NCBI GenBank assembly: GCA_031180805.1
Contig: JAPSLL010000013.1
Coordinates: 144 to 64,143, forward strand
Direction: 5' to 3'
DNA from: Bacillus sp. (in: firmicutes)
Lineage (GTDB): Bacteria > Bacillota > Bacilli > Bacillales > Bacillaceae
DNA length: 64,000 nucleotides
Part shown: piece after piece, positions 8,286-17,579 of the stretch
How positions within the stretch are numbered: the first letter of the stretch is position 1
How the letters are laid out: the number at the start of each line of letters is the position of its first letter
The notes under the pieces: model-generated
Told to the model about the DNA's origin: nothing
Database searches by the model: none
The model's input: only the letters and a program-made list of their open reading frames with translations
Made by a program: the position numbers and the translations under genes

Positions 8286-8930
8286 ATGTGTGAAAAAGTG
8301 GGAAACTTCTTAACAAATAAAAAAATACTAATTTTTATTCCTTTAGGAGCATTACTGATTTATTTAATTGCAAAAAATTTAATGTTAAATCAAGAGCTAA
8401 ATATAGAAGGAGAGGAAGATTCGATTGTTTTAGAAGAAATGGAACAGACATTTGAAGATGAGGAAGAAATCAGTAGTGAAAGGAATACTACCTTAGTTAT
8501 TGATGTAAAAGGAGCAGTTCAAAAACCAGGTGTATATGAGATGGAGAATGGTTCGAGAGTTCATGATGTTATTGATGAAGCGGGGGGACTTGTTAACGAG
8601 GCTGATGAACTTGCAGTGAATTTAGCTGCACCACTTGAAGATGGTATGGTGATTTATATTCCTAAGAAAGGAGAAGTTAAGGAAAATCCTTATGTTCTTC
8701 CAACTGAGCAGAAATCTAATCAAGAAGGAACAAATGAAAAAATTAATATTAACCTAGCAACTCTAGAAGAATTACAAACTTTACCTGGAATTGGGCCTAG
8801 TAAAGCAAGTTCAATCATTGCCTATCGAGAAGAAAATGGACCTTTTGCAAAAATTGAAGATTTATTAGAGGTTTCCGGCATTGGTGAAAAAACTCTTGAT
8901 AAAATCAAGGAGGAAATTGTAGTGAAATAG
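8286..8930 (+). CDS. comEA: Competence DNA receptor ComEA (TM anchor plus helix-hairpin-helix)
   Basis: VIDVKGAVQKPGVYEM (SLBB-like) and INLATLEELQTLPGIGPSKASSIIAYREENGPF (HhH). The start is uncertain: ATG 8286 or GTG 8301. Confidence 0.9.
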   Translation: MCEKVGNFLTNKKILIFIPLGALLIYLIAKNLMLNQELNIEGEEDSIVLEEMEQTFEDEEEISSERNTTLVIDVKGAVQKPGVYEMENGSRVHDVIDEAGGLVNEADELAVNLAAPLEDGMVIYIPKKGEVKENPYVLPTEQKSNQEGTNEKININLATLEELQTLPGIGPSKASSIIAYREENGPFAKIEDLLEVSGIGEKTLDKIKEEIVVK

Positions 8931-9063
8931 AAAAAAATTCGACTATTATAATGAAAATTTAAAATTTGATGTCTAAAAAGAAAAAATAATAAATTGACGA
9001 TTGTTCTATTTTCTCGATACACTACTAACTAGAGAGAAACATGTCATAGTTGGGGGTAGCGAA

Positions 9064-9621
9064 ATGAATAGAATTTCTTGGGATCAATACTTTATGTCTC
9101 AAAGTCATTTACTTGCATTACGTAGTACTTGTACAAGGTTAGCTGTAGGTGCAACAATTGTAAGAGATAAGCGAATTATTGCTGGGGGCTATAATGGATC
9201 CATAGCTGGTGGAGTTCACTGCTCTGATGAAGGGTGTTATGTGATTGATAATCACTGTGTAAGGACAATCCATGCAGAAATGAATGCTTTGCTACAATGT
9301 GCTAAATTCGGTGTTCCGACGGAAGGTGCAGAAATATATGTTACACATTTTCCATGTCTTCAATGCTGTAAAGCGATAATTCAAAGTGGAATAAAAACAG
9401 TTTATTATGCTGTTGATTATAAAAATCATCCATATGCAATTGAGCTTTTTGAACAAGCAAATGTTAAAGTAGAACATGTGGAATTCGACAATATGCCAAA
9501 CGAAGCGAAAGAACAAGAAAAACGAGCATTTGTAACAGATTTAATTGAAAAACTAGCTGGAACAATGAGTGAATCAGAGATAAAAAGGCTATATAACGAA
9601 TCAGATAAATTATTTTCATAA
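9064..9621 (+). CDS. comEB: dCMP deaminase ComEB
   Basis: HAEMNA ... PCLQCC zinc deaminase motifs. The ATG at 9064 follows GGGGGT, so the track start at 9001 is too long. Confidence 0.94.
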   Translation: MNRISWDQYFMSQSHLLALRSTCTRLAVGATIVRDKRIIAGGYNGSIAGGVHCSDEGCYVIDNHCVRTIHAEMNALLQCAKFGVPTEGAEIYVTHFPCLQCCKAIIQSGIKTVYYAVDYKNHPYAIELFEQANVKVEHVEFDNMPNEAKEQEKRAFVTDLIEKLAGTMSESEIKRLYNESDKLFS

Positions 9622-9689
9622 CCGTCTAAAAATCCTGAGGGTGAACTGCTATTTTAGTTTGCTCTCGGGAGATTAGGGGGGATTGTTGT

Positions 9690-12029
9690 TTGAAAGGTAA
9701 GCTGCTTTTTTTAGTTATTTCCGCAAGTTTAGGTATACTTTTGCCTCGTTTTCAGTTTCATCCACTGCTTTTCTTCATAATAACGTGCCTTCATATATTT
9801 TTATTATATAAAAAGAAAGCTTCACTTTTCCTGTTTTGTTTATTTACTAAATTAATCTTTATGAGCACTTATTTAATTGTTGATTATTATAATCAAACCT
9901 CGTTAAAAGAAGGAGAATACAATGGGGAAGTTGTATTTTCGTCGATCCCTGTCATTAATGGAGATCAGTTTAAAGGAGAAATTGTTAATTCTTTCAATGA
10001 AAAGTTGACTTTCTATTATAGGATTAAATCTCCTGAAGAAAAAAACTCTCTCAAAAAAATCAATCCAGGAATGAGCTGTCGATTTTCAGGAGAACTAGAA
10101 ATGCCAAAATTACCGACGGTGCCCAATGCTTTTAACTATAAGCAATATCTTTATGAGCATAAAATTCATTGGCAATATTGGGTTGATGAAATTAGTCGGT
10201 GTAAACTCGAGGAAAACAACTGGTATGAAAAATTACTAATCATTCGAAAAATAAGCTTAGAGTTTATTGAGGAGCATTTTCCTAAAGAGTCTGCTGGTAT
10301 CGTTCAAGCGTTATTATTTGGGGAAAGAAGCTTATTACAAAAAGAGATAGAAACAGCATACCAAGAGCTTGGGATTGTTCATTTACTCGCAATCTCTGGC
10401 CTCCACGTAGCACTTCTTGTTAGTGCCTTTTATTATATTCTCGTTATTTGTGGTATTACCCATGAAAAGGCAAGGTTGATCATGCTAATTATTTTACCGG
10501 TATATACAATTTTGACTGGTGCAACACCATCTGTTATTAGAGCTTCCTTTATGGTCATTGTATATTTACTTATTAAGTATTTTAAGATGAAATTTTCTTC
10601 TGTTGATGTTATTAGTTTTACATGCTTAGTTCTACTCTTAATAAACCCGTACTACTTATTCCAAGTTGGTTTTCAATTATCTTATGTAGTAAGCTATGGT
10701 CTATTGCTTTCATTTAAAATGGTTGAACAGCTTACCCATTCAATTGTAAAGCTTGGATTAATCTCGCTTATTGCTCAGTTATGTTCAATGCCAATAATCC
10801 TTTATAACTTTTATGAAATATCGTTACTAAGCTTACCAATGAATATGCTTTTTGTTCCTTTATATTCATATGTAATTTTGCCTTTTGCTATATTCTCTGC
10901 TGTAATTACCATTTTTTCACCTACTGTTGGAGAATCAATCATCCACTTATTTAATCAACTCATCCAATTTACTCACCACATCGTACTCTTTAGTAAGAAG
11001 CTTCCTTATACAACGGTAACAACTGGTAAACCGCCAATCCTTTTTATTATCGCACTTACTTTGTCTGCGATATATTTTTTTTATCAGCTTGAGTGTACCA
11101 AAAAACAAGTTTACAAATCTCTTACGATATTATTTTTTGTTATAGGAATTCAACTGGCAACTCCTTATATGAATCCGATTGGGAAGGTTGTTGTCCTTGA
11201 TGTTGGACAAGGGGATGCGATTTTTATACAAAGACCATTCAACAAAGGGAATTATTTAATTGATACTGGAGGAAAGGTAACGTTTCAGGAAGAGGAATGG
11301 CAAAAAACGAACAATCAATATTCAATAGCAAATAGAGTAATTATTCCATATATGAAGTCATTAGGTGTTACAGAGCTGGATGCACTGTTTTTAACTCATG
11401 GAGATATGGATCACATCGGTGAAGCAGTTCCATTAATGGAAGGAATGGCGGTTAATCAACTGATAATTCCAGAGGGGTTTATTAGAGGCGAATTAGAGGA
11501 AGAAGTTATACGAAAAGCACAAGAGAAGCAAATTAACATTTTAATAGCGAAAGCTGGAGATAAAATCAGCTTAAATCAATTTTTTATTCGCGTTCTATCG
11601 CCAATTACGTTATCGGATAGTAAAAATGATGATTCATTAGTTTTATTGATGAACGTTGGGGGGCTTAGCTGGTTATTTACAGGAGATGCTGAATTAGAAG
11701 CAGAGAAGAGGATGATCGAACGATTTCCAGCTTTAAAAGTAGATATTCTTAAGTTAGGCCATCATGGGAGTAAAGGTTCTTCATCAGATCTATTTTTAGA
11801 TAAATTAGATCCATCATTAGCTCTCGTATCTGTAGGTTTAAATAATCGATATCAGCATCCGCATACTGAGGTGTTGAAAAAGTTAAAGGAAAGAAATATC
11901 CTGCTATTACGAACAGATTTACAAGGTTCTATTTTATATCAATTTAAAGGGAATCGAGGAACCTTTTTTACACATCCCCCATACGATAAAGTAAAAGTCG
12001 AAAAAGAAAAAGAGACCACTAAATCGTAG
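9690..12029 (+). CDS. comEC: DNA internalization channel ComEC (competence domain plus metallo-beta-lactamase domain)
   Basis: Polytopic N-terminal region with GIVHLLAISGLHV, and a C-terminal VLDVGQGDA ... HGDMDH ... LGHHGS beta-lactamase fold. Confidence 0.95.
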   Translation: MKGKLLFLVISASLGILLPRFQFHPLLFFIITCLHIFLLYKKKASLFLFCLFTKLIFMSTYLIVDYYNQTSLKEGEYNGEVVFSSIPVINGDQFKGEIVNSFNEKLTFYYRIKSPEEKNSLKKINPGMSCRFSGELEMPKLPTVPNAFNYKQYLYEHKIHWQYWVDEISRCKLEENNWYEKLLIIRKISLEFIEEHFPKESAGIVQALLFGERSLLQKEIETAYQELGIVHLLAISGLHVALLVSAFYYILVICGITHEKARLIMLIILPVYTILTGATPSVIRASFMVIVYLLIKYFKMKFSSVDVISFTCLVLLLINPYYLFQVGFQLSYVVSYGLLLSFKMVEQLTHSIVKLGLISLIAQLCSMPIILYNFYEISLLSLPMNMLFVPLYSYVILPFAIFSAVITIFSPTVGESIIHLFNQLIQFTHHIVLFSKKLPYTTVTTGKPPILFIIALTLSAIYFFYQLECTKKQVYKSLTILFFVIGIQLATPYMNPIGKVVVLDVGQGDAIFIQRPFNKGNYLIDTGGKVTFQEEEWQKTNNQYSIANRVIIPYMKSLGVTELDALFLTHGDMDHIGEAVPLMEGMAVNQLIIPEGFIRGELEEEVIRKAQEKQINILIAKAGDKISLNQFFIRVLSPITLSDSKNDDSLVLLMNVGGLSWLFTGDAELEAEKRMIERFPALKVDILKLGHHGSKGSSSDLFLDKLDPSLALVSVGLNNRYQHPHTEVLKKLKERNILLLRTDLQGSILYQFKGNRGTFFTHPPYDKVKVEKEKETTKS

Positions 12030-12055
12030 CCTCTATGTAGGACTGCAATATGACA

Positions 12056-12190
12056 TTATGCTCCAATTAATTTAATTGCAGTAGCAATAATGAAGATTAT
12101 CGCAAAGAAACCAAAGGATACAATAAAACCAACTCCAGAATCTACCGCGTCATTACGCTTGCTTTGGACACTTTTCTCAAATTCGTTCAC
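12056..12190 (-). CDS. yqzM: Small membrane protein YqzM (44 aa)
   Basis: Below the track cutoff. GTG start preceded by GGAGGGG. Translation is MNEFEKSVQSKRNDAVDSGVGFIVSFGFFAIIFIIATAIKLIGA. Same position and very similar sequence to B. subtilis YqzM. Confidence 0.8.
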   Translation of the reverse strand: MNEFEKSVQSKRNDAVDSGVGFIVSFGFFAIIFIIATAIKLIGA

Positions 12191-12533
12191 AGTTACCCCT
12201 CCTATATCAGTTTTAGTATAAGTCATTCAAATAAAAAAATCTACAACTTCACTATGTTCTTAATGAATTTTAAAAACCCTTACATGTTAGATAACATTTA
12301 TAATGTGAAAAATACTGATAGAAAAGCTTTATTCATTATTTTAAGTGAATTAATTGATTTCAATTCGTGGTATCGCTTCGAATCAGATAACCTAGGGTCT
12401 GAAACGAAGTGTTAACATAGATCAGAGGGGATTGATAGTTGTACTTTCACTAACAATTCCCTTTTTAGCTTGCCAAACCTTCATTTTCATTTTACGATTA
12501 AGGAGTGAAAAGAAGGATTGGAGAGCAACGTAC

Positions 12534-13553
12534 ATGATTTTTAATGTTTGGAAAGAGATTAAACAAAAGAAATTACAATCAATTTACCTGCTACTTGGAA
12601 GAGAAGCATTCTTAATGCAAGAAACAGTGCAATTAATTATAAATGCAGCGCTTAATGATGAAGAAAAAGACTTCAATTTGTCAATTTATGATATGGAAGA
12701 GACGAGTATTGATACTGCAATAGAAGATGCAGAAACACTTCCATTTATGGGTGAAAAAAGGGTTGTAATTATAAAAAATCCCTTCTTCTTAACAAGTGAA
12801 AAGAAAAAAGAAAAGGTTGAACATAAGCTTGATAAATTAGAACAATATTTAAATTCTCCAGCACCATATACGATTCTTCTATTCGTGGCTCCATATGAAA
12901 AGCTTGATGAGCGGAAAAAAATAACAAAGCTATTGAAAAAACAATCAATTGTGCTCGAAATGAATTCGTTATCTGAAAAGGACACAAGTGAATGGATTAC
13001 CGAAATGGCAGAACAAGAGGTAGTTTATTTCTCAAAAGAAGCGATAGATGAACTAATGGTATTAACCGCTGGTGATTTAATGATTTTGAATCAGGAGCTA
13101 AAAAAGATTAGTACGTATGTTGGTGAAGGAGGACAAGTATCCCCAGATATAATAAGGCTTCTTGTTCCAAGAACGTTAGAGCAAAATATATTTGAATTGA
13201 TTGACAATGTTATTCATCGGAGAAGTAGTGAAGCATTAAGAATCTTTTATGATTTACTAAAAAATAATGAAGAACCTATCAAAATTTTATCCTTACTTGT
13301 AAATCAATTTAGACTGATTTTACAAGTGAAGGAACTGTCAGGTACTGGTTATGGGCAACAGCAAATAGCTAATACAGTCAAGGTACATCCGTTTCGAGTG
13401 AAATTAGCCTTACAGCAAGCCAAGTTATTTAATTCTGATGAGTTAGCTAAGATACTTTTGGAATTAGCAGAGGCAGATTATCAAATGAAGACAGGGAAAA
13501 AGGACAAGCAATTAGTTTTGGAACTATTCTTGTTAAAGCTTTTTGAACAATAA
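12534..13553 (+). CDS. holA: DNA polymerase III delta subunit
   Basis: MIFNVWKEIKQKK... aligns with the B. subtilis HolA N-terminus. Conserved LEQNIFELID, NEEPIKILSLL and VHPFRVKLA blocks. The track start at 12432 is too long. Confidence 0.93.
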   Translation: MIFNVWKEIKQKKLQSIYLLLGREAFLMQETVQLIINAALNDEEKDFNLSIYDMEETSIDTAIEDAETLPFMGEKRVVIIKNPFFLTSEKKKEKVEHKLDKLEQYLNSPAPYTILLFVAPYEKLDERKKITKLLKKQSIVLEMNSLSEKDTSEWITEMAEQEVVYFSKEAIDELMVLTAGDLMILNQELKKISTYVGEGGQVSPDIIRLLVPRTLEQNIFELIDNVIHRRSSEALRIFYDLLKNNEEPIKILSLLVNQFRLILQVKELSGTGYGQQQIANTVKVHPFRVKLALQQAKLFNSDELAKILLELAEADYQMKTGKKDKQLVLELFLLKLFEQ

Positions 13554-13587
13554 AAAAACGATCCTAAATATGGGATCGTTTCTTTTT
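13553..13587. terminator. Bidirectional terminator between holA and rpsT
   Basis: AAAAAAACGATCC..GGGATCGTTTCTTTTT, with A- and T-runs on both sides. Confidence 0.75.
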
Positions 13588-13666
13588 AATGATAAGAAAA
13601 GTTTCATTCTATAATTGCTATCCTTTGATAAGCAAAAGAAATCAAGCTTCCTTCATTATATGCAGA

Positions 13667-13924
13667 TTATCCGTTAACTTTTTTAGCTAAACGAGATTTG
13701 TAACGTGCAGCAGTGTTTTTATGAACTAAACCACTTTGTGCAGCTTTATCAATTCGTTTATTCGCCTCAACAAGTGCCGCTTTCGCATTCTCAACATCGT
13801 TAGATACAGCTAAAGCATCTACTTTTTTAATAGCAGAACGCATAGCAGATTTGATTGCAGAGTTATGAGCATTACGATCATTGCTAGTTTTTACGCGTTT
13901 AATTGCAGATTTAATATTTGGCAT
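13667..13924 (-). CDS. rpsT: 30S ribosomal protein S20
   Basis: [13 protein letters not shown]... canonical S20. Confidence 0.98.
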   Translation of the reverse strand: MPNIKSAIKRVKTSNDRNAHNSAIKSAMRSAIKKVDALAVSNDVENAKAALVEANKRIDKAAQSGLVHKNTAARYKSRLAKKVNG

Positions 13925-14171
13925 ACTTTCACCTCCTAAGAAATAAATCGAGACTATTTATCCTCGACATTTCTTTACATGAACAAAAGATATTCTACCA
14001 AACGACCACTGATATTGCAATACTAATGTAAAGGAAAATCCATTGAAACCTTTTTTATTTGATTAATTTTGAAAAATAATTAAAGAAAATCTATTCATTT
14101 GTCCCTCGTAAGAATGTTTCCATCTAGAAATGGTAACCATACTTAACAGGAATAACATCGGAGGGATGAAA

Positions 14172-15293
14172 ATGGAAACATCTTTAGACTTAAGTAATTA
14201 TTCGGTTCGTACGGATTTAGCAGTAGAAGCTAGGGCAATGGCTTTGGAAAATACGACACCTACCGCTACTCCTGATGATGTAAGTAATATAGCAGGAGTC
14301 ATTATGAAGGAATGGGAAGAAGAAGGAGTTAGGCTTTCATCAATGGAGATAAAAGATGAAGGTGCAAAGATTATTGGAAAAAAACCAGGAAAATACTTAA
14401 CCCTTGAAGTTCAGGGGATTCGTCAAAAGGATAGTGAGCTTCAAGAAAAAGTAATAGAAGTTTTTGCTAAGCAATTTAGTAAGTTTTTAGAAGAGCTAAA
14501 TATTAAAAAAGATGCAAGCTGTTTGGTTGTAGGCTTAGGAAACTGGAATGTGACTCCAGATGCACTAGGACCTCTTGCTGTTGAAAATTTATTAATAACG
14601 AGACATCTATTTAAACTTCAACCTGAAAATGTTCAAGAAGGATTCCGTCCTGTTAGTGCAATTGCTCCAGGAGTAATGGGGCTAACAGGTATTGAAACAA
14701 GTGATATTATTTCAGGTGTAATCGAGCAATCAAAACCGGATTTTGTTATTGCAATCGATGCTCTTGCATCACGATCTATTGAGCGTGTAAATACGACAAT
14801 TCAAATTTCTGATTCTGGAATTCATCCTGGTTCAGGGGTTGGAAACAAAAGAAAGGCACTAAGTAAAGAAACCTTTGGGATTCCCGTAATAGCAATAGGT
14901 ATTCCAACTGTCGTTGATGCTGTTTCGATAACTAGTGATACGATTGATTTCATTTTAAAGCATTTTGGCAGAGAAATAAGAGAAGGGGATAAGCCGTCTC
15001 GTTCGCTAACACCAGCAGGGATGACGTTTGGAGAAAAAAGAGTTCTAACGGACGAAGACATACCTAGTGATGAACATCGCCAACAATTTTTAGGAATTGT
15101 TGGCGGTCTTGAGGAAGATGAAAAGCGAAAACTTATTCACGAAGTTTTAGCACCATTAGGGCATAATCTAATGGTAACACCAAAGGAGGTAGATATCTTT
15201 ATTGATGACATGGCAAATGTAATTGCGAGTGGGCTGAATACTGCACTTCATCAACAAGTTGACCAAGGGAATGCAGGTTCATATACTCATTAA
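14172..15293 (+). CDS. gpr: Spore germination protease Gpr
   Basis: [22 protein letters not shown] and [16 protein letters not shown] are highly similar to B. subtilis Gpr. The ATG at 14172 is 7 nt after GGAGG. ATG 14166 is also possible. The track start at 14130 is too long. Confidence 0.94.
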   Translation: METSLDLSNYSVRTDLAVEARAMALENTTPTATPDDVSNIAGVIMKEWEEEGVRLSSMEIKDEGAKIIGKKPGKYLTLEVQGIRQKDSELQEKVIEVFAKQFSKFLEELNIKKDASCLVVGLGNWNVTPDALGPLAVENLLITRHLFKLQPENVQEGFRPVSAIAPGVMGLTGIETSDIISGVIEQSKPDFVIAIDALASRSIERVNTTIQISDSGIHPGSGVGNKRKALSKETFGIPVIAIGIPTVVDAVSITSDTIDFILKHFGREIREGDKPSRSLTPAGMTFGEKRVLTDEDIPSDEHRQQFLGIVGGLEEDEKRKLIHEVLAPLGHNLMVTPKEVDIFIDDMANVIASGLNTALHQQVDQGNAGSYTH

Positions 15294-15352
15294 AGTTTAA
15301 AGCTTCTACATGTTTGCTATTTTAAAGATTATGGTTGATTTATAAGAACTTT

Positions 15353-15483
15353 GTTGATTGGAACGGATATATGAAACTCAAGTTTCGAGTATCGTCTCAA
15401 AGGGAGACCCACAAGTGCGCAAATACGAGAAGGATTTCGGAGCGCCGCCGAAAGCGGATGCTTGAAAAGTGGAAAGAAACAAC
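15353..15483. repeat. Copy B (most complete) of the dispersed GC-enriched intergenic repeat
   Basis: The ends are GTTGATTGGAACGG... and ...GGAAAGAAACAAC (degenerate inverted termini). There is an internal CCGCCGAAAGCGG hairpin. GC is well above the flanks. The reverse complement aligns block by block with 846-965 and 17294-17395. Confidence 0.6.
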
Positions 15484-15628
15484 AAAACAGAGCCTAATTT
15501 GTTAAAAGTAGAAAGTCTATCAATTTTAAAATGATAGAGAAATTAAAGAGAAAAAACAGTGATAGAGTTCTATCTCCTTATGTTTGTTCATAGAAATTAG
15601 TAGACAAGCATAAGGAGGATAACAGTGA

Positions 15629-16825
15629 ATGAAGCGTTCGCGAACTAGACGAAATATGATTGTTGCAGTAGATGGGACAAGTATTAAAAAAGGTATTGTA
15701 TTAGGCTTCATCACCCTGTTTGTGATCTTTTTACTTTCGGGCTTTTTAACATCCCTTAAACCTGAATATCGTTTGACCTCTTCTTCGATCAATGATTTAA
15801 CAAAGACTATTGATAGTGAAGCATTTCTACAACTATTAGGAGCCGAGAACAGATATTTTGTATCTGCATTACCACCGGAAAAGACTGAGCCAATAAAGTT
15901 GTCTACAATCATGTTTAAAGTAGCCACTAGCATAAATCCTGACGATCCGCGCAGTCTGTTAGGTAGGGAGTTACCGGGATTTTCATTATATGATAGTGAA
16001 ATTGTTGTTGCTGGTGATGGGACAAACTATACGAATATGCCATATGAATCACCGCCACCAACAGAGGTATTAGAGCAAGAAAGAAAGGCGTCGATTGATA
16101 AAAATGAAGTAGTGAATGCAGAAGATGATGAGCCGAAAACACCTCCAAGTCTTACAACTGGAGATAAAAAAGTTGTTTATATATATAATACGCATAATAC
16201 AGAATCGTATTTACCTTTACTTGAGGGGGAAACAGATCCGAATCGTGCAATTCATTCGAAAGCGAATGTTACTATCGTAAGTGAGTTACTTGGTAAAGCG
16301 CTTGAAGAGAAAGGGATTGGAACACAAGTGGATTCGACGGATATTCAATCGAATTTAAAGCAAAAAGGCTGGAATTATGCAAAATCGTATGCAGCCTCAC
16401 GACCAATTGTTGAAAGTGCAATGGCGAATAATCGTGAATTGAATTATTTAATTGATATTCATCGTGACGCACAAAGAAAAGGGGTTACAACGATTTCAAT
16501 AAATAATAAATCTTACGCAAAATTAGCATTTGTGGTTGGAAGGGATAATCCATCAGCGGAAAAAAATGAAAAGGTTGCAAATGAACTGCATGAATTATTA
16601 CAAAAAAAATATCCAGGTCTAAGCCGTGGGATTTTCAAGCAAGGTGGAAAAGGGAATAACGGAGTATATAACCAGGACCTTTCTGGGAATGCTATGCTTA
16701 TTGAATTTGGTGGAGTAGACAATAATTTGGAAGAATTAAAAAATACAGTAGCTGCGGTGGCAGATGTTTTCAGTGAATACTATTGGCAGGCTGAAAAAGT
16801 AAATGGGACTGGAACTGCAGAATAA
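15629..16825 (+). CDS. spoIIP: Stage II sporulation protein P
   Basis: N-terminal TM segment, then IYNTHNTESY ... IDIHRD ... LIEFGG amidase-like motifs. AAGGAGG lies 10 nt upstream. Confidence 0.94.
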   Translation: MKRSRTRRNMIVAVDGTSIKKGIVLGFITLFVIFLLSGFLTSLKPEYRLTSSSINDLTKTIDSEAFLQLLGAENRYFVSALPPEKTEPIKLSTIMFKVATSINPDDPRSLLGRELPGFSLYDSEIVVAGDGTNYTNMPYESPPPTEVLEQERKASIDKNEVVNAEDDEPKTPPSLTTGDKKVVYIYNTHNTESYLPLLEGETDPNRAIHSKANVTIVSELLGKALEEKGIGTQVDSTDIQSNLKQKGWNYAKSYAASRPIVESAMANNRELNYLIDIHRDAQRKGVTTISINNKSYAKLAFVVGRDNPSAEKNEKVANELHELLQKKYPGLSRGIFKQGGKGNNGVYNQDLSGNAMLIEFGGVDNNLEELKNTVAAVADVFSEYYWQAEKVNGTGTAE

Positions 16826-16851
16826 TTGCAAAACAATGTGAGGGAAGAAAG

Positions 16852-17193
16852 ATGATGAAATTTATGTTGAAATGCTTTGTTCTATGCACGATCCTACTTT
16901 TTGGTGTATTAATAGGAATGCAACAAGCTAATCAGGGGATCATTAAAATGAAGGGCTACGAAGATCCCGACCTTCAGAGTGCTTTCCAAGTTGAAAATGA
17001 AACAGGGGATGTTCAAGCATCAATTCTTGGAAATAACGTTACAAGCCAAGATCTGCACGAGAAACAAGAGCAATTAGAACAAATAGAGGCATTTAATTTC
17101 TTCTCTCAAATCGGAAAACAATTAGCAACACTTGTAAGCAATGGTGTGTCATCAATTCTTGAATCAATTGCAACTTTGCTTAATCGAAATTAG
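16852..17193 (+). CDS. yqxA: YqxA family protein (DUF3679), co-located with spoIIP
   Basis: Signal/TM N-terminus with the GMQQAN motif. Same position as B. subtilis yqxA. Confidence 0.85.
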   Translation: MMKFMLKCFVLCTILLFGVLIGMQQANQGIIKMKGYEDPDLQSAFQVENETGDVQASILGNNVTSQDLHEKQEQLEQIEAFNFFSQIGKQLATLVSNGVSSILESIATLLNRN

Positions 17194-17207
17194 CAATAGC
17201 AGAAGGG

Positions 17208-17250
17208 TAAGATTCTCCTTTTTAACAAAGAGTATCTTATTTCTTTCTGT
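17208..17250 (+). terminator. Terminator after yqxA
   Basis: TAAGATTCTC ... GAGTATCTTA stem (1 mismatch) followed by a T-rich run. Confidence 0.5.
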
Positions 17251-17293
17251 TTTTTATTTTTGCTGTTTTCGTAAACAGTAAACTGTACTTGAG

Positions 17294-17395
17294 ATTGATT
17301 TCCTCCTGCAGATGCTCATTCTAAGTACAAGATGAGACTCCTTCGTGTAAACGCTGCATAATAAGTATCTGCAATCCTCTTACTCTCCTTTAAGA
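17294..17395. repeat. Copy C of the dispersed intergenic repeat (decayed)
   Basis: ATTGATTTCCTCCTGCAG matches the left end of copy A (14/17). GATGAGACTCCTTCGTGTAAACGC matches GGGAGTCTCCTAGCTCTTACGCC. The right end ...CCTCTTACTCTCC matches ...CATATCCTCTCC. Confidence 0.5.
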
Positions 17396-17507
17396 GGTAG
17401 TCATACAAATGGCTTCAACTATAACGACCACTACAAATAATAGCAACAAATTTTACGAGAACAGCCTAAATAAACTAATGGATAGATATGAACACTTACT
17501 TTATTCA

Positions 17508-17536
17508 TTGAATGTTGAAAAGGCAATTGATATAAT
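17508..17536 (+). promoter_or_regulatory. Candidate sigma-A promoter of lepA
   Basis: TTGAAT (17508-17513), 17-nt spacer, TATAAT (17531-17536), about 45 nt before the lepA start. Confidence 0.45.
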
Positions 17537-17579
17537 GAAGAATAGTGTACTTGTAAGCTATGTAGGAGTGAAAATAGAT

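Noticed and set aside
12164-12415. 83-aa plus-strand ORF between yqzM and holA.
   Set aside because: Its TTG start lies inside yqzM on the opposite strand. It has no SD, an AT-rich asparagine/isoleucine-biased product, and no recognisable family.
12432-12533. Upstream extensions of several track ORFs: holA 12432, gpr 14130, comEB 9001, rpsU 29880, yqfB 33190, sigA 49140, trmK 51780, yqfW to 61343, ispG to 63109, and the membrane ORF 50298.
   Set aside because: In each case an internal start has proper SD spacing and matches the remembered orthologue N-terminus. The extensions cross terminators or promoters.
15371-15505. 44-aa very basic ORF (MKLKFRVSSQRETHKCANTRRISERRRKRMLEKWKETTKQSLIC) inside repeat copy B.
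   Set aside because: It has no SD. The basic composition is the usual by-product of translating this GC-rich repeat. The homologous copies A and C do not keep the frame.
17409-17579. 57-codon in-frame N-terminal extension of lepA ([13 protein letters not shown]...).
   Set aside because: It runs through repeat copy C and the predicted lepA promoter. The conserved LepA N-terminus begins at 17580 with its own SD.
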